In this document: one piece after another, positions 1 to 9,969 of the stretch
Numbering within the stretch: position 1 is the stretch's first letter
Layout of the letters: each line of letters opens with the position of its first letter
NCBI GenBank assembly: GCA_963775895.1
Contig: CAVZKL010000025.1
Coordinates: 1-30,350, forward strand
Length of the DNA: 30,350 bases
Source: Candidatus Bathyarchaeota archaeon
GTDB lineage: Archaea > Thermoproteota > Bathyarchaeia > Bathyarchaeales > Bathycorpusculaceae
Direction of reading: 5' to 3'
Translations under genes and position numbers: made by a program
The notes under the pieces: model-generated
What the model was told of the DNA's origin: nothing
The model's database searches: none
What the model saw: the letters and a program-made list of their open reading frames with translations, nothing else

Positions 1-1105
1 TAGGGGTTAAACGTGGTTTTCAATCCCGTTCCTGTGAGGACGATCACAGTTCTGTCGTTCTTTGAAACGTCGCCGTTCCCAGTTTGCTTACTGTAGCCCT
101 AGAAGCCACGGCAGAGCTTGGTTCGACAAAGAATCCTCTTCCTGCCAGGTTTCTGTACGCTTTTACGACTTCCTCTTCTTCGACCACTACTGAGTCACCG
201 CCAACTTCTTTCAACCTATTGGCCACCAAGGTCTAACAAAGGCGGGTTTACGCTGACAAGAGCGTCAGCAACTGAAGTTATCTTTTCGGGAGGAGCATAA
301 CTGAGGTTTTTGGGCTCACGATAAAGCGGCGACACTTGCCTCGTCTGGCAAGCCACTATTCTGGGCATCGACTTTATCGCATTTGAATCGACTAAATGCT
401 TAAACCCACTTATCACGCCCAGTAGCAGGGTTCCCGCTGACACAGGCAAGTAGATATGCTCCGGAGTCTTCCACTTGAACTGTTCAACTATCTCGTAGGC
501 GAGGCTTCGAATCCCATCTCGGAACAGTGGATGAAGTATGTGACCTACATAGAATTTTCCAGTCTCACTTTTCTGAGCTTCCTCTGCGACCTTGTTTCGA
601 CTGCCCGGAACCCTGACCACCTCAGCTCCGTAAATTTGGATCTGATTGAATTTTGGTCCCGAAACAGTTTCTGGAACGTAAATCTTCGCTTTCAACCCAG
701 CTCTTGCAGCGTACGCAGCTATCGAGGCTCCGGCATTCCCGAAGAGTCCTCAGAGATGTACCCTCCTTGCGATTTTATCAACTTCTGAATAGCGGACACA
801 AGTACGGACGATCCTCTATCTTTGAAAGAGCCAGTAGGGTTCAGGCTCTCAAGCTTGACGTGAATTTCATCAGAGAGTCGAACGAGAGGCGTCAACCCCT
901 CACCCAAGGACACGATGTCTGCCTCTTCAACATAGGGGAAGAATTGTTTGTACCGCCACAGCGAGTTGTCCATTCTGCTGATCCTTTTCTTTTCAAAATC
1001 GGGGTTGACTTGGACCTCCAAGGGAAAGCCGCATAGACTGCAGACAGTGCTGAGAAGATCCTCAGACCTGTGACCACACTTTGAGCACGCTATTTTAGAG
1101 TTCAC
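1..1105 (-). CDS. thrC: Threonine synthase (PLP fold II, N-terminal Zn-ribbon), split by three apparent single-base frameshifts; runs to the window edge
   Basis: ORF 719-1105 has CSKC..CSLC, SLGEGLTPL, KLESLNPTGSFKDRG and EDSSG. After a shift near 738 it reads NAGASIAAYAARAGLKAKIYVP into ORF 216-695 (PVSAGTLLLG, SVADAL). A shift near 229 leads into ORF 44-229 (GFFVEPSSAVA). A shift near 100 gives the terminal TVIVLTGTGLK. Confidence 0.85.
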
Positions 1106-1124
1106 CGCAGCACGGCCCCAGACG

Positions 1125-1660
1125 TTAAGGTGAAGAAAGCTGCATGCCGGTTCTGAAGGCGTTGATGTTAGTTTTCACGTTTTCACAGATACACTTTCTC
1201 CAATCGCTTTTTCCATTGATTGAACCGTGACAAGCTTCGTAAGCTTCGTGAAGACTCCAAGCATGACCATGTTCGCGTAGATGGCTTCTCCGTACTGTTT
1301 CTTCGCGGTTTCTGTTATCGGAATCTTGTATACATTTGTCTTCGTTTCAGGAAACCGCGTCACGTTCGTGCTGTCAACGATTAGGATACCGTTTTCCTTC
1401 AAGTCTTTGAGCAGCTTGTCCATGGCTTCTTGGCTCATTGTGACAAGTATGTCAGGTTTCCTAACTGCTGGAAAGCCTATTTTTCCATCCGAAATTATGA
1501 CCTCGCTTTTTGCCAGGCTTCCTCTGGCTTCAGCACCGTAGGCTTGGGTTTGAAGGGCGTTTTTCCCGTCCAAGACGGCTGCTTTGCCGAGTATTTGGGC
1601 AGCCAGGACTACACCCTGTCCGCCGCTTCCTCCAATTCTAATCTCGGTCTTGTTCGCCAT
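1125..1660 (-). CDS. korC: 2-oxoacid:ferredoxin oxidoreductase gamma subunit; frameshift near 1178, probable true stop at 1125
   Basis: EIRIGGSGGQGVVLA, YGAEARG and ANMVMLG motifs. The alternative frame after 1178 reads KTNINAFRTGMQLSSP*, the typical N..AF..G ending. Confidence 0.88.
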
Positions 1661-2477
1661 GTTGTTTTGCCTTCTTCATCATTGCCTGAACAGCCTCCAC
1701 GAGTGTCGTTCGCGTTTTCGACTCGTATTCGCCGATGACTATTTTCCTTTCAACCTCTTCCGAACTCATTTTCTCAGCCTGCTGCACCGTGACGGCGTCT
1801 TCCTTGAAGTGCCTGAGCATTTCTCCGAGGTCTTTGAACCCTGCTCTTCTGCCATAGGCTGTCGGACATTGGGTGACGACTTCGATGAACCTGAAACCCT
1901 TGATCTGAAGTGCCTTCTTGATTGATTCCTTCAGTTCACTCTGGTGAGCAGTCGTCCACCGTGCAGAATACGTTGCTCCTGCCGCAAACGCAAGCTTGAC
2001 AGCATCTATGGGTGGCTCAAAGCTCCCATATGGCGTGGTGGATGTTCTTGTGCCGAACGGTGTTGTCGGTGCCACTTGCCCGCCCGTCATTCCGTAGACC
2101 ATGTTGTTGCCCATTATGACGAGTATGTCCGTGTTTCTTCTTGCAGCGTGTACGAAGTGACTTAGGCCTATCCCGACTATGTCGCCGTCTCCGCCAAAGA
2201 CCACGACGTTCAAGTCTGGACGCAGCAATTTTATGCTCGTGGCCGGTGGTATGCTTCTTCCATGCAGTGTGTGAATCGAATCCGCCATGTAGTAAGGAGA
2301 AGGAATCCAAGAGGAGCAGCCTATGCCACTTGTGAAGCAGAATTTGCTAAGGTCCTCGTATCCCAACTCATGAACCGCTTTGACGAACGTGTCGCTGAGT
2401 GAGAATAATCCACAACCCGCACAGAAAGGTAGTTTCAAGTCTCGCATGTACTTTCGTGAAGAGAACGGTTCAGTCAT
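1638..2477 (-). CDS. korB: 2-oxoacid:ferredoxin oxidoreductase beta (TPP-binding) subunit
   Basis: FCAGCG, SGIGCSS, HTLHGR, GGDGD, NNMVYGMTGGQVAPTTP and QCPT motifs. Likely start is ATG 2477, overlapping the alpha-subunit stop. Confidence 0.92.
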   Translation of the reverse strand: MTEPFSSRKYMRDLKLPFCAGCGLFSLSDTFVKAVHELGYEDLSKFCFTSGIGCSSWIPSPYYMADSIHTLHGRSIPPATSIKLLRPDLNVVVFGGDGDIVGIGLSHFVHAARRNTDILVIMGNNMVYGMTGGQVAPTTPFGTRTSTTPYGSFEPPIDAVKLAFAAGATYSARWTTAHQSELKESIKKALQIKGFRFIEVVTQCPTAYGRRAGFKDLGEMLRHFKEDAVTVQQAEKMSSEEVERKIVIGEYESKTRTTLVEAVQAMMKKAKQHGEQDRD

Positions 2478-3611
2478 TCGACTTTCCTCCTTCAACGATT
2501 TCGTTGAAAATCTCTTCAGGAGTAATGAGTTCTCCTCCTCCAATCTTGCTCAGCAAAACTACTTTTGATCCGCATGCAACTCTCTGCACTTCATGATAAA
2601 CTTGCCCCAAATTCATCTCTGGCACGATGATTCTTTGGGCAGTTTCAGAAAGTCTTTTGACTTTTTCATCAGGAAACGGCCAGATCGTCTTCAGTCGGAC
2701 GTGTCCCACTCTTATTCCTCTAGCTTCCAGCTGCTCAACAGTTTCGTAGACCGCGCGGGAAGTACATCCATAAGAGACGATGCCCACGTCGCATTTTTCG
2801 ACGCTGTGGTTTTCCACCTGAGCAATATCCTCCACGTGGTTGTTTATCTTCGCATTGAGCGCGGTCACTATTCTTCTGTGAACGAGAGCATCCTGCGTGA
2901 ACCTTACTCCGTATTCATCGTGAGTTGAAGCCGTTACAGCCACGTTGAACCCCTCACCCACAGAAGGCATGGGAGCAACATTTTCTAAGCCGAAGAACGC
3001 CCTGTCGTCTGCCTTGGGCTTCTTTCGGTCGACTATCTCTATCTTTTCAAGAGGTGGTACGGACAGTTTCTCCCTGACATGGGCAATGGTCTCGTCGGCC
3101 AGCAAGATGACTGGCGTACGATATTTTTCCGCCAAGTTGAACGCCCTTATCGTAAGGTCGAACATCTCTTGCACAGAGTTGGGGGAAAGCACGATCGCAG
3201 AATAGTCACCGTGCGTTCCCCACCTCGCCTGCATCACGTCACCTTGACCGCATTTCGTCGCCTGTCCAGTCCCAGGTCCAACTCTTTGAACATCAACTAT
3301 GACGCACGGCGTTTCACTCATGAACCCCCAACCAATCGTTTCCTGCATAAGACTGAAGCCGGGCCAGACGTGGCTGTCATAGCCTTTCTACCAGTCCAGC
3401 TTGCTCCCATGACTGCGCCGATAGAAGCTAATTCATCCTCCATTTGGATGAATGTTCCATCTACCTGAGGCAAGCGTTCAGAGAGACGTTCAGGTATCTC
3501 ATTTGATGGCGAAATAGGATATCCTGCGAAGAATCTGCAACCTGCGATGATTGCAGCTTCAACGCACGCCTCGTTTCCTGACCAGAAATAAGTACCCTGT
3601 TTTGTCGTCAT
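2470..3611 (-). CDS. korA: 2-oxoacid:ferredoxin oxidoreductase alpha subunit; frameshift near 3360
   Basis: ORF 3318-3611 has GNEA, FFAGYPISPS, QMEDELAS and TATSGP. Restoring one base gives TSGPGFSLMQE into ORF 2470-3348 (QRVGPGTG, QGD, WPFP, EMNLGQ). Confidence 0.9.
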
Positions 3612-3833
3612 GCATCTTCTCCGCTGTTACCAGAGTTGCATTACAGATGTTCTTATTTAGCTGTTTCTTGCAAATGTCGCAAATCATTAGGTTCTATTCT
3701 TCGCGCGCAGAACAGGATTGTCGACATGAAAAGAAGCCCAGCTTTGGGGTGAGGCATTTATCGGCTTTCGAACCATAGTGCCTGGGTGCACGCGTTCGAC
3801 GAAAAATGCTGCTTGACCCGGACATGTGCGAGG

Positions 3834-4073
3834 TTATTCTCTGACTGGACGGGGGATTGTTATCAGTGTTTGGGTTCGTCGTACACCGTTGAGGTGCTGA
3901 ATTTTGTCTATGATGTTTCCCAGATCCTCCATCTTTGGAAACTGCAACAAAGCGACGACATCAAATTGCCCTGTAACTGCATTTGCATTCTTGACGCCTT
4001 CGATTTTGAGCACGGCTTCTGCAACATTCCATATAACATTGGACTGCGTGTTAACGAGGATATATGCTTCCAA
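3834..4073 (-). CDS. Stand-alone Lrp/AsnC ligand-binding (RAM) domain protein, about 79 aa
   Basis: AYILVN...IEGVK....VTGQFDVVA...I..LNGVRRTQTLI pattern with no HTH. TTG at 4073 follows a GAGGGA SD-like sequence, so the ORF-track start at 4148 is probably too long. Confidence 0.8.
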   Translation of the reverse strand: MEAYILVNTQSNVIWNVAEAVLKIEGVKNANAVTGQFDVVALLQFPKMEDLGNIIDKIQHLNGVRRTQTLITIPRPVRE

Positions 4074-4171
4074 ATCGTTTCCCTCAATACTGTTCTTTTT
4101 CTGAGAATAAAAAACTAGCGTGTGATCGGTAGAAGTTCGGCGGCACAAGTGCGTGGAGGGTCTATTGTTCT

Positions 4172-5020
4172 CTAGTGAACGGTTTCAAGTCTGAGCGCTT
4201 TCTCCACTTCTTCTCTGATTATGTAGCCGCCGATGTGAAGGATCGGCTCTTTCATCTCAGGGTCAGTGTTCATCGTTGCCGTGCACGGGAAGCTGTGATG
4301 GGCTTTAGCTATTGTGTCGTAGAGAATTTGTTTTCTTGTTTCAACTCCAAACAGTTTTCTCGCGACGTACCACGTGGACCCACAGGGTGCGCTTCTTCGA
4401 ACGGTTGCTGATTCTATGAACTCGTGTTCGCCTCTCTTTACAGTTGAGACCTCTAAAGAAGGTCTTCCAATTCCAAGTTCAGTTACAAGTCTTGAAATCG
4501 TCGGAATGGCATCCGCGGGTTCCAAGGAGCAGAAAGGTTTCGGGAAAGCGCTTTCCAAACCCATTTCCTTGCATTTTTCCTCAGTCTGCTTCTTCAAGCC
4601 AGACGGAACTTCGTTGAAGTCTTCTATGGGTACGATCAAGGCTTTTATCCCCGCTTTTTGCATCTGATTGGGGAGTTCCAGTAGCAAGTCTTTGTGCAAT
4701 CCTGAAGCAATGCACAGATCCGCCTTGGGAAGCTTCTTAGGCATGTATTTTTCTGGACTATCTAGAAATGCTGGAAGCTTCGAAGGATTTGGCAGTTCAA
4801 CCGCTGCTCTTACGTTTTGAACGTGACTGTAAACGCCGTATTTGCAGGAGTCGCAAAGAAGACCACAAGACTTGCAGTAGCTTGGATCGTTTATCAGATT
4901 TCTTATGACTCGTTCAGCGAAGTCACCGCTATAAATGAAGATCAAGGTCAGCGGATCTTTTCCAAATGTTTTGTTCAAAGTTAGTCTCTCGGAGTGAACC
5001 GTCAACGTGAAACTTTGCAC
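4172..5020 (-). CDS. DUF166 family protein with an N-terminal Cys cluster
   Basis: Motifs PKPFCSL, RSAPCGSTWYVA, HHSFPCTATM and ILHIGG recalled as DUF166; also CKSCGLLCDSC. Start uncertain (TTG near 4978 possible). Confidence 0.7.
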   Translation of the reverse strand: MQSFTLTVHSERLTLNKTFGKDPLTLIFIYSGDFAERVIRNLINDPSYCKSCGLLCDSCKYGVYSHVQNVRAAVELPNPSKLPAFLDSPEKYMPKKLPKADLCIASGLHKDLLLELPNQMQKAGIKALIVPIEDFNEVPSGLKKQTEEKCKEMGLESAFPKPFCSLEPADAIPTISRLVTELGIGRPSLEVSTVKRGEHEFIESATVRRSAPCGSTWYVARKLFGVETRKQILYDTIAKAHHSFPCTATMNTDPEMKEPILHIGGYIIREEVEKALRLETVH

Positions 5021-5149
5021 TTCTTATGAAATAAAGGTTCAGGATCAAGACGTCAGAACGTGCCGTTTCAGAAAATCTGCTGCACCGTGGATTTCTTGAA
5101 TGAAAAAAGCGGGGGAAGGAACTAATGGTTTCGCTCTCAGGTCGTGTTC

Positions 5150-5692
5150 TTACTTCTGGAAGCGCGCGCGTGCCTCGTAGAGTTCGAGGGCTGAGACTAT
5201 GATGTCTTCCGCGGCCTTTGCGTCTCTCCACTCTTTTGGCTTAACCCACTTCTTCGGTTCGAGTCTTTTGTAGTTGACAAAGAAATCTGTAATCTCGGCT
5301 TTCAAATGCTTTGAAATGTCGCTTACATCCTTGATTTCTTCAAACCGCGGGTCACCCAATGGTACTCCGAGGATCTTGTCGTCCTCGCCTTTCTCATCCA
5401 CGGTGGTCAAAACCCCGATGGGACGTGCAGGTATGACGCAACCGGTGAAAGTCGGGTTTGTGGTCAACACCAGTATGTCCAGGGCGTCCTCATCCAGAGC
5501 CCATGTGCGAGCAATTATGCCATAATCACCAAGGTAGTAAAGAGAGGAATACAAGACTCGGTCAAGTTTGAAAAATCCAGTTTGACAATCAAACTTGTAT
5601 TTGTTCGTGCTTCCCTTTGGCACTTCAACTATTGCGTAAATCTCGTGCGGAGGATTTGAACCAGGCGGAAGGTCTTGCCACAAGTTTGCCAT
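5150..5692 (-). CDS. ppa: Soluble inorganic pyrophosphatase (family I)
   Basis: VEVPKGSTNKY, LDRVLYSS..Y..DYG, DEDALD, DEKGEDDK and FFVNYKRLE motifs. Confidence 0.95.
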   Translation of the reverse strand: MANLWQDLPPGSNPPHEIYAIVEVPKGSTNKYKFDCQTGFFKLDRVLYSSLYYLGDYGIIARTWALDEDALDILVLTTNPTFTGCVIPARPIGVLTTVDEKGEDDKILGVPLGDPRFEEIKDVSDISKHLKAEITDFFVNYKRLEPKKWVKPKEWRDAKAAEDIIVSALELYEARARFQK

Positions 5693-5869
5693 TCTTGACA
5701 ACTCCTGCTTCTAGGTATTTTAGATTCACACATTTAAGCCTATCAGAAACCACAATTGAACGTGGGCAAAGATGCTTTCCTAAATACGGCTTGTTCTGTA
5801 ACTGGACGCGATTTTTTATCGGAAAAAGGGAAGGTAATCTGGCAAACGTAAATAAGCCATCAAAATGAC

Positions 5870-6667
5870 TTGGAAATGGGAAAACGGATGAAGATTGCGA
5901 TCTCTGGAAAGGGCGGAGTAGGTAAGACACTGATTGCTGGGACATTGGCCAGCTTGTTCGTGCGAAAGGGCATGAAGACGATAGCCATCGATGCAGACCC
6001 TTCGCCTAACCTTGCTCTGACACTTGGCATGTCCTCACTTGAGGCACGCAAGATACTGCCGATATCCGAGAACAAGAGTCTGATAGAATCCAAGACGGAT
6101 ACAGGTTATTCAGGTGTTTATCGTCTTTCCTTCACGGTTGATGACGTTGTCCGTGATTTTTCGGTGAAAACGCCCTTTGACGTTAATTTGGTTGTTATGG
6201 GAACTGTACATTCTATGGGTTCAGGATGCACGTGCGCAGCTAATGCCGTTGTCCGAGCACTGTTGCGCCACTTAGTTGTGGAGCGCAGCGAAGCTGTCGT
6301 TCTTGACATGGAAGCAGGCGTCGAACACATCGGCAGAGGAACAGCAAGAAATGTGGATGTCATGCTGATCGTAGCAGACGCCAACGTAAAATCCCTCGAG
6401 ATTGCCAAACACATTTACGAATTGGCCACGAAAGCAGGCATGAAAAAGGTCTTCTTGGTTGGAAACAGAATTGGAAATGAAAGGCAGAGGGATATTATCG
6501 AAGAATTTGCCAAAGAAAACAACCTCGCAATATTGGGTTTTGTGCCTTTCGATCAGAAAATCGTTGAGGCAGAAATGCGCGGAGAAACCCCTCTTAGACA
6601 AGGCAAATCTGAAGCTCTGCAGGCAATAGAAAAATTCGGTGAAAAGCTCCTATCAAAAGAGGTTTAA
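5870..6667 (+). CDS. cooC: CooC-type nickel-insertion ATPase (MinD/SIMIBI family)
   Basis: KIAISGKGGVGKT, IDADPSPNL, GSGCTC (CxC Ni motif) and DMEAGVEHIGRGT; upstream of the cdh operon. Confidence 0.9.
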   Translation: MEMGKRMKIAISGKGGVGKTLIAGTLASLFVRKGMKTIAIDADPSPNLALTLGMSSLEARKILPISENKSLIESKTDTGYSGVYRLSFTVDDVVRDFSVKTPFDVNLVVMGTVHSMGSGCTCAANAVVRALLRHLVVERSEAVVLDMEAGVEHIGRGTARNVDVMLIVADANVKSLEIAKHIYELATKAGMKKVFLVGNRIGNERQRDIIEEFAKENNLAILGFVPFDQKIVEAEMRGETPLRQGKSEALQAIEKFGEKLLSKEV

Positions 6668-6711
6668 TAGGTTGGAAACGCCACCTGACCACAATGGGAG
6701 ACGATAACTTC

Positions 6712-7479
6712 ATGAGAACACTGGTGACGATCGGACGGGGAGGAACCGGGAAAACAAGCTTCACGGCTCTGATGACAAAAAGCTTCATCGAAACTGCACA
6801 AACTCCGTTGTTGCTCGTAGATGCTGATCCTGACCAGAACCTTGGCGAAATGCTAGGCGTCGACCTGAAGAACGCGGGAAAAAAGAGCATTTCAGAAATT
6901 CTCGTAGAGACTTTCTTGGAGCAAGGCGGAACAACAGTCGGAGTTCCTCCCACGGAAAGAATAGAAAGCAAAATCTGGACTCACGCTTTATTCGAAAGCA
7001 GCTCATTTGACTTTCTTGCTATCGGAACAAAATGGGTTGAAGGCTGTTACTGTATGCCAAATGCGGCCTTGAAGGGAGCATTGGAACACCTAGTTAAGAA
7101 CTATAAGTACGTGCTGATCGACTCGCCAGCCGGCCTAGAACATTTGAACCGCAGAATCACGTCGAGGGTCAACGACATTTTCGACATCCTTGACCCCTCC
7201 AAGAAATCCTTCGATCACGTCATGCGATCCTTTCGCATAGCCCAAGAGGTCAAGATCGACTTCGAAAACTTCTACATCGTTGGTGGCTGCAGGTTTCCTG
7301 AAAACCTAAGAAGTCAGGCTGAGACCTCATTGAAATTCAGGTTTCTGGGCAAGATTGCTCGAGACGAACAGGTTGAAGAATTCGTCCTCGCAGGGAAATC
7401 TCTGCTCGACTTACCAGCAGATTCGCCAGCCTATGTCTCCGTGAAAAACATCTTGAAAGAAGCTGGATACATCAGCTAG
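6712..7479 (+). CDS. cooC: Second CooC/AcsF-type nickel-insertion ATPase
   Basis: GRGGTGKT, VDADPDQNL, EGCYC and DSPAGLEHLNRR; start taken at MRTLVTIG. Confidence 0.85.
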   Translation: MRTLVTIGRGGTGKTSFTALMTKSFIETAQTPLLLVDADPDQNLGEMLGVDLKNAGKKSISEILVETFLEQGGTTVGVPPTERIESKIWTHALFESSSFDFLAIGTKWVEGCYCMPNAALKGALEHLVKNYKYVLIDSPAGLEHLNRRITSRVNDIFDILDPSKKSFDHVMRSFRIAQEVKIDFENFYIVGGCRFPENLRSQAETSLKFRFLGKIARDEQVEEFVLAGKSLLDLPADSPAYVSVKNILKEAGYIS

Positions 7480-7550
7480 CAATGCTCTTCTGATCAAGGA
7501 TTTCTTCAGCGCATCTCCCATGTTGCTTCGGACAGAATAGAACATAAATT

Positions 7551-7566
7551 CGCAAAAGTTAAAAAG
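7551..7566 (+). promoter_or_regulatory. Putative BRE/TATA promoter of cdhABCDE
   Basis: cgcaaaagTTAAAAAg about 50 bp upstream of GTG 7614. Confidence 0.45.
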
Positions 7567-7613
7567 CTTCGAGAGCCACGTAACGTCTTCTGCGCCTCTG
7601 GTTGTGTTTGCGA

Positions 7614-9962
7614 GTGAGTAAGAAAGAGGTTAATTTGAAGATCGGTGAACTTAGAACCGAAGTTGGTTTCCTAAAGAACCTCGAACTCTCCGTTGGCAAA
7701 ATCGTTCAAGAGAATTGGACAGAACAGATGGGGCCCACGCCGTTCCCATCATTAACGGCTTTAAGAGAATGGGACATGAAGCTTCTTCAAAGGTACAGAC
7801 CGTTTTACATGCCCTACTGCGACGTCTGTTGCCACTGCACTTTTGGCAAATGCGACTTGACCGGCAACAAACATGGTGCTTGCGGGATTAACATGTCCGC
7901 ACAACAGTCTAGGACAGTGCTTCTGGCCACATGCATCGGAGCCGCAACTCACGTGGCACACGGTCGCCACTTACTGGAGCATCTCATCGAGAAATTCGGC
8001 AACAGGTATCCCCTCGACGTGGGCGGGTTGAATGTCAAGGTCGAAGCGCCAATAATCCGTTTGGTCTGCGGAATCAAACCAGAAACACTTGGTGATCTGG
8101 ATCAAGTATTAAGTTATGCTGAAAGCCAAGTCACACACCTGCTTGCCGTCGCCCATACCGGGCAGGAGGGCAGCAACCTTGATTTTGAGTCAAAAGTCTT
8201 TCATGCAGGCATGGTAGATCATGTTGGGTTGGAAGCAGCAGACATAGCTCAGATCGCAGCTTACGGTTTTCCAAAAGCAGATCCGGATTCGCCTCTTGTA
8301 GACTTGGGCTTCGGAACCGTCAGCATCGAGAAACCTGTTATACTGTGCATTGGGCACAACGTGGTTCCTTCTATCGGAATAATCGACTACATGAAAGACA
8401 ATGGATTTGAAGAACAGATTGAAGTCTGCGGGTTGTGCTGCACAGCTCAGGACATAACAAGATACCACAAACGCGGAAAGATAATCGGTCCAATTTCGTG
8501 GCAATTGCGATTCATAAGGAGCGGCGTTCCGGACATCGTTGTTCTCGACGAACAGTGTGTCAGAACGGACTGTCTCAACGAGGCCGAGAAAATCAAGGCA
8601 CCTGTCATCGCTGCGTCCGAAAAGAACTGCATGGGTCTGCCAAATCGTACTAACGATCAGGTCAACCTAATAGTCGACGACCTCGTAAGCGGCAAAACTC
8701 CAGGAGTACTGATACTAGACCCTGAAAAAGTGGGAGAGGTTGCCGTAAAAGTCGCTTTGAAAGTGGCCCCCTTACGAAAGAAATTCAAAAACATCCCCGA
8801 AGTCGAAGACGTTATAGCAGTAGCCAAAACATGCAGACTGTGCGATGATTGCAGAAGATCATGTCCGCAAGACCTTTACATTCCAGAAGCAATGAAAGCC
8901 GCAGCAGGAGGAGACCTGACGAAGCTTGCAGACCTCTACGAGTCCTGTGTAGGTTGCGGTAGATGTGAACAGGCATGCCCAATTGGCACACCGATTCACA
9001 GTTTCATAGTAAAGGCTGGCGAGAAAAAACTGAAAGAAGAAACCTACAAGATTCGGGCTGGAAGAGGCGCGATACAGGACATCGAAATCAGAAACGTGGG
9101 AAGCCCTATCGTGTTTGGTGAAATCCCAGGTGTACTCGCTGTCGTCGGATGCGCCAACTACCCCAAAGGAGGAGCAGAAGTCGCCGAAATCTGCACGGAA
9201 TTTGCCAACAGACACTTCATCGTCGTGACCTCTGGATGTGCAGCGATGTCAGCTGCTATGTACAAGAATGAAGAGGGGAAAACACCTTACGAATTCCTGA
9301 CTGGGGAGTTCACGTCAGGAGGCATGATTAACGTCGGTTCCTGCGTTTCGAACTCGCACATCGCTGCGGCTGCAATCAAGATAGCAAACATATTCGCGAA
9401 ACGCAACTTGAGAGGAAACTACGAGGAAATAGCCGATTATATACACAATCGCGTGGGTGCAGTGGGTCTCGCATGGGGCGCTTACTCTCAGAAGGCTGCA
9501 GCGATCGCTGCGGGCTTTTGGAGGTTGGGCATACCGGTCATCGTTGGTCCACACGGAGTCAAGTATCGTCGGATGCTCTTGGGAAGAGCTGACCATGTAG
9601 AAGATTGGAACGTTTATGATGCAAGGTCCGGAGAGGAAGTCTACGTCGGACCAGCGCCAGAACACCTGTTTTGCGCGGCCGAAACAAAAGAGGAAGCCAT
9701 GGTTCTCATTGCTAAACTCAGCATGAGACCCAATGACACGACAAAAGGAAGAGCAATAAAACTCACACATTACATTGACCTACACAAGAGACTGTACGAA
9801 ACCATGCCGGACGACATCAACTTGTTCGTTCGTACCGCCGCAGATATGCCCGTAACGATGAAAGACGAAATTGCGGGAATCCTTGAAGAAAAGGACTGGA
9901 AAGAATCAGTGATCCCGGACCCCACACTTCTTTCAAGGATGATCAGAAAGAGAAAGGAGTGA
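7614..9962 (+). CDS. cdhA: ACDS complex alpha subunit (Ni-CO dehydrogenase)
   Basis: CDVCCHCTFGKC..CG; C-cluster ligands GHN, GLCCT, DEQC, VGCAN, SGC and GSCVSN; two CxxCxxCxxxCP ferredoxin motifs; WGAYSQKA; PDPT C-terminus. Confidence 0.97.
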   Translation: MSKKEVNLKIGELRTEVGFLKNLELSVGKIVQENWTEQMGPTPFPSLTALREWDMKLLQRYRPFYMPYCDVCCHCTFGKCDLTGNKHGACGINMSAQQSRTVLLATCIGAATHVAHGRHLLEHLIEKFGNRYPLDVGGLNVKVEAPIIRLVCGIKPETLGDLDQVLSYAESQVTHLLAVAHTGQEGSNLDFESKVFHAGMVDHVGLEAADIAQIAAYGFPKADPDSPLVDLGFGTVSIEKPVILCIGHNVVPSIGIIDYMKDNGFEEQIEVCGLCCTAQDITRYHKRGKIIGPISWQLRFIRSGVPDIVVLDEQCVRTDCLNEAEKIKAPVIAASEKNCMGLPNRTNDQVNLIVDDLVSGKTPGVLILDPEKVGEVAVKVALKVAPLRKKFKNIPEVEDVIAVAKTCRLCDDCRRSCPQDLYIPEAMKAAAGGDLTKLADLYESCVGCGRCEQACPIGTPIHSFIVKAGEKKLKEETYKIRAGRGAIQDIEIRNVGSPIVFGEIPGVLAVVGCANYPKGGAEVAEICTEFANRHFIVVTSGCAAMSAAMYKNEEGKTPYEFLTGEFTSGGMINVGSCVSNSHIAAAAIKIANIFAKRNLRGNYEEIADYIHNRVGAVGLAWGAYSQKAAAIAAGFWRLGIPVIVGPHGVKYRRMLLGRADHVEDWNVYDARSGEEVYVGPAPEHLFCAAETKEEAMVLIAKLSMRPNDTTKGRAIKLTHYIDLHKRLYETMPDDINLFVRTAADMPVTMKDEIAGILEEKDWKESVIPDPTLLSRMIRKRKE

Positions 9963-9969
9963 AAGACGG

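Noticed and set aside
1175-1177. TGA in korC (and at other broken genes) as selenocysteine or readthrough
   Set aside because: Homology continues in a different frame rather than in frame, and the position is not a Cys site.
3559-3687. 42-aa minus-strand ORF MICDICKKQLNKNIC... upstream of korA, considered as the missing delta subunit
   Set aside because: It has only CxxC plus one Cys, no ferredoxin motif, and overlaps korA and its likely TATA box; probably chance.
5870-7479. The two ATPases as ParA/MinD partition proteins
   Set aside because: The CxC motif, the (E/P)AGxEH motif and adjacency to cdh identify them as CooC-type.
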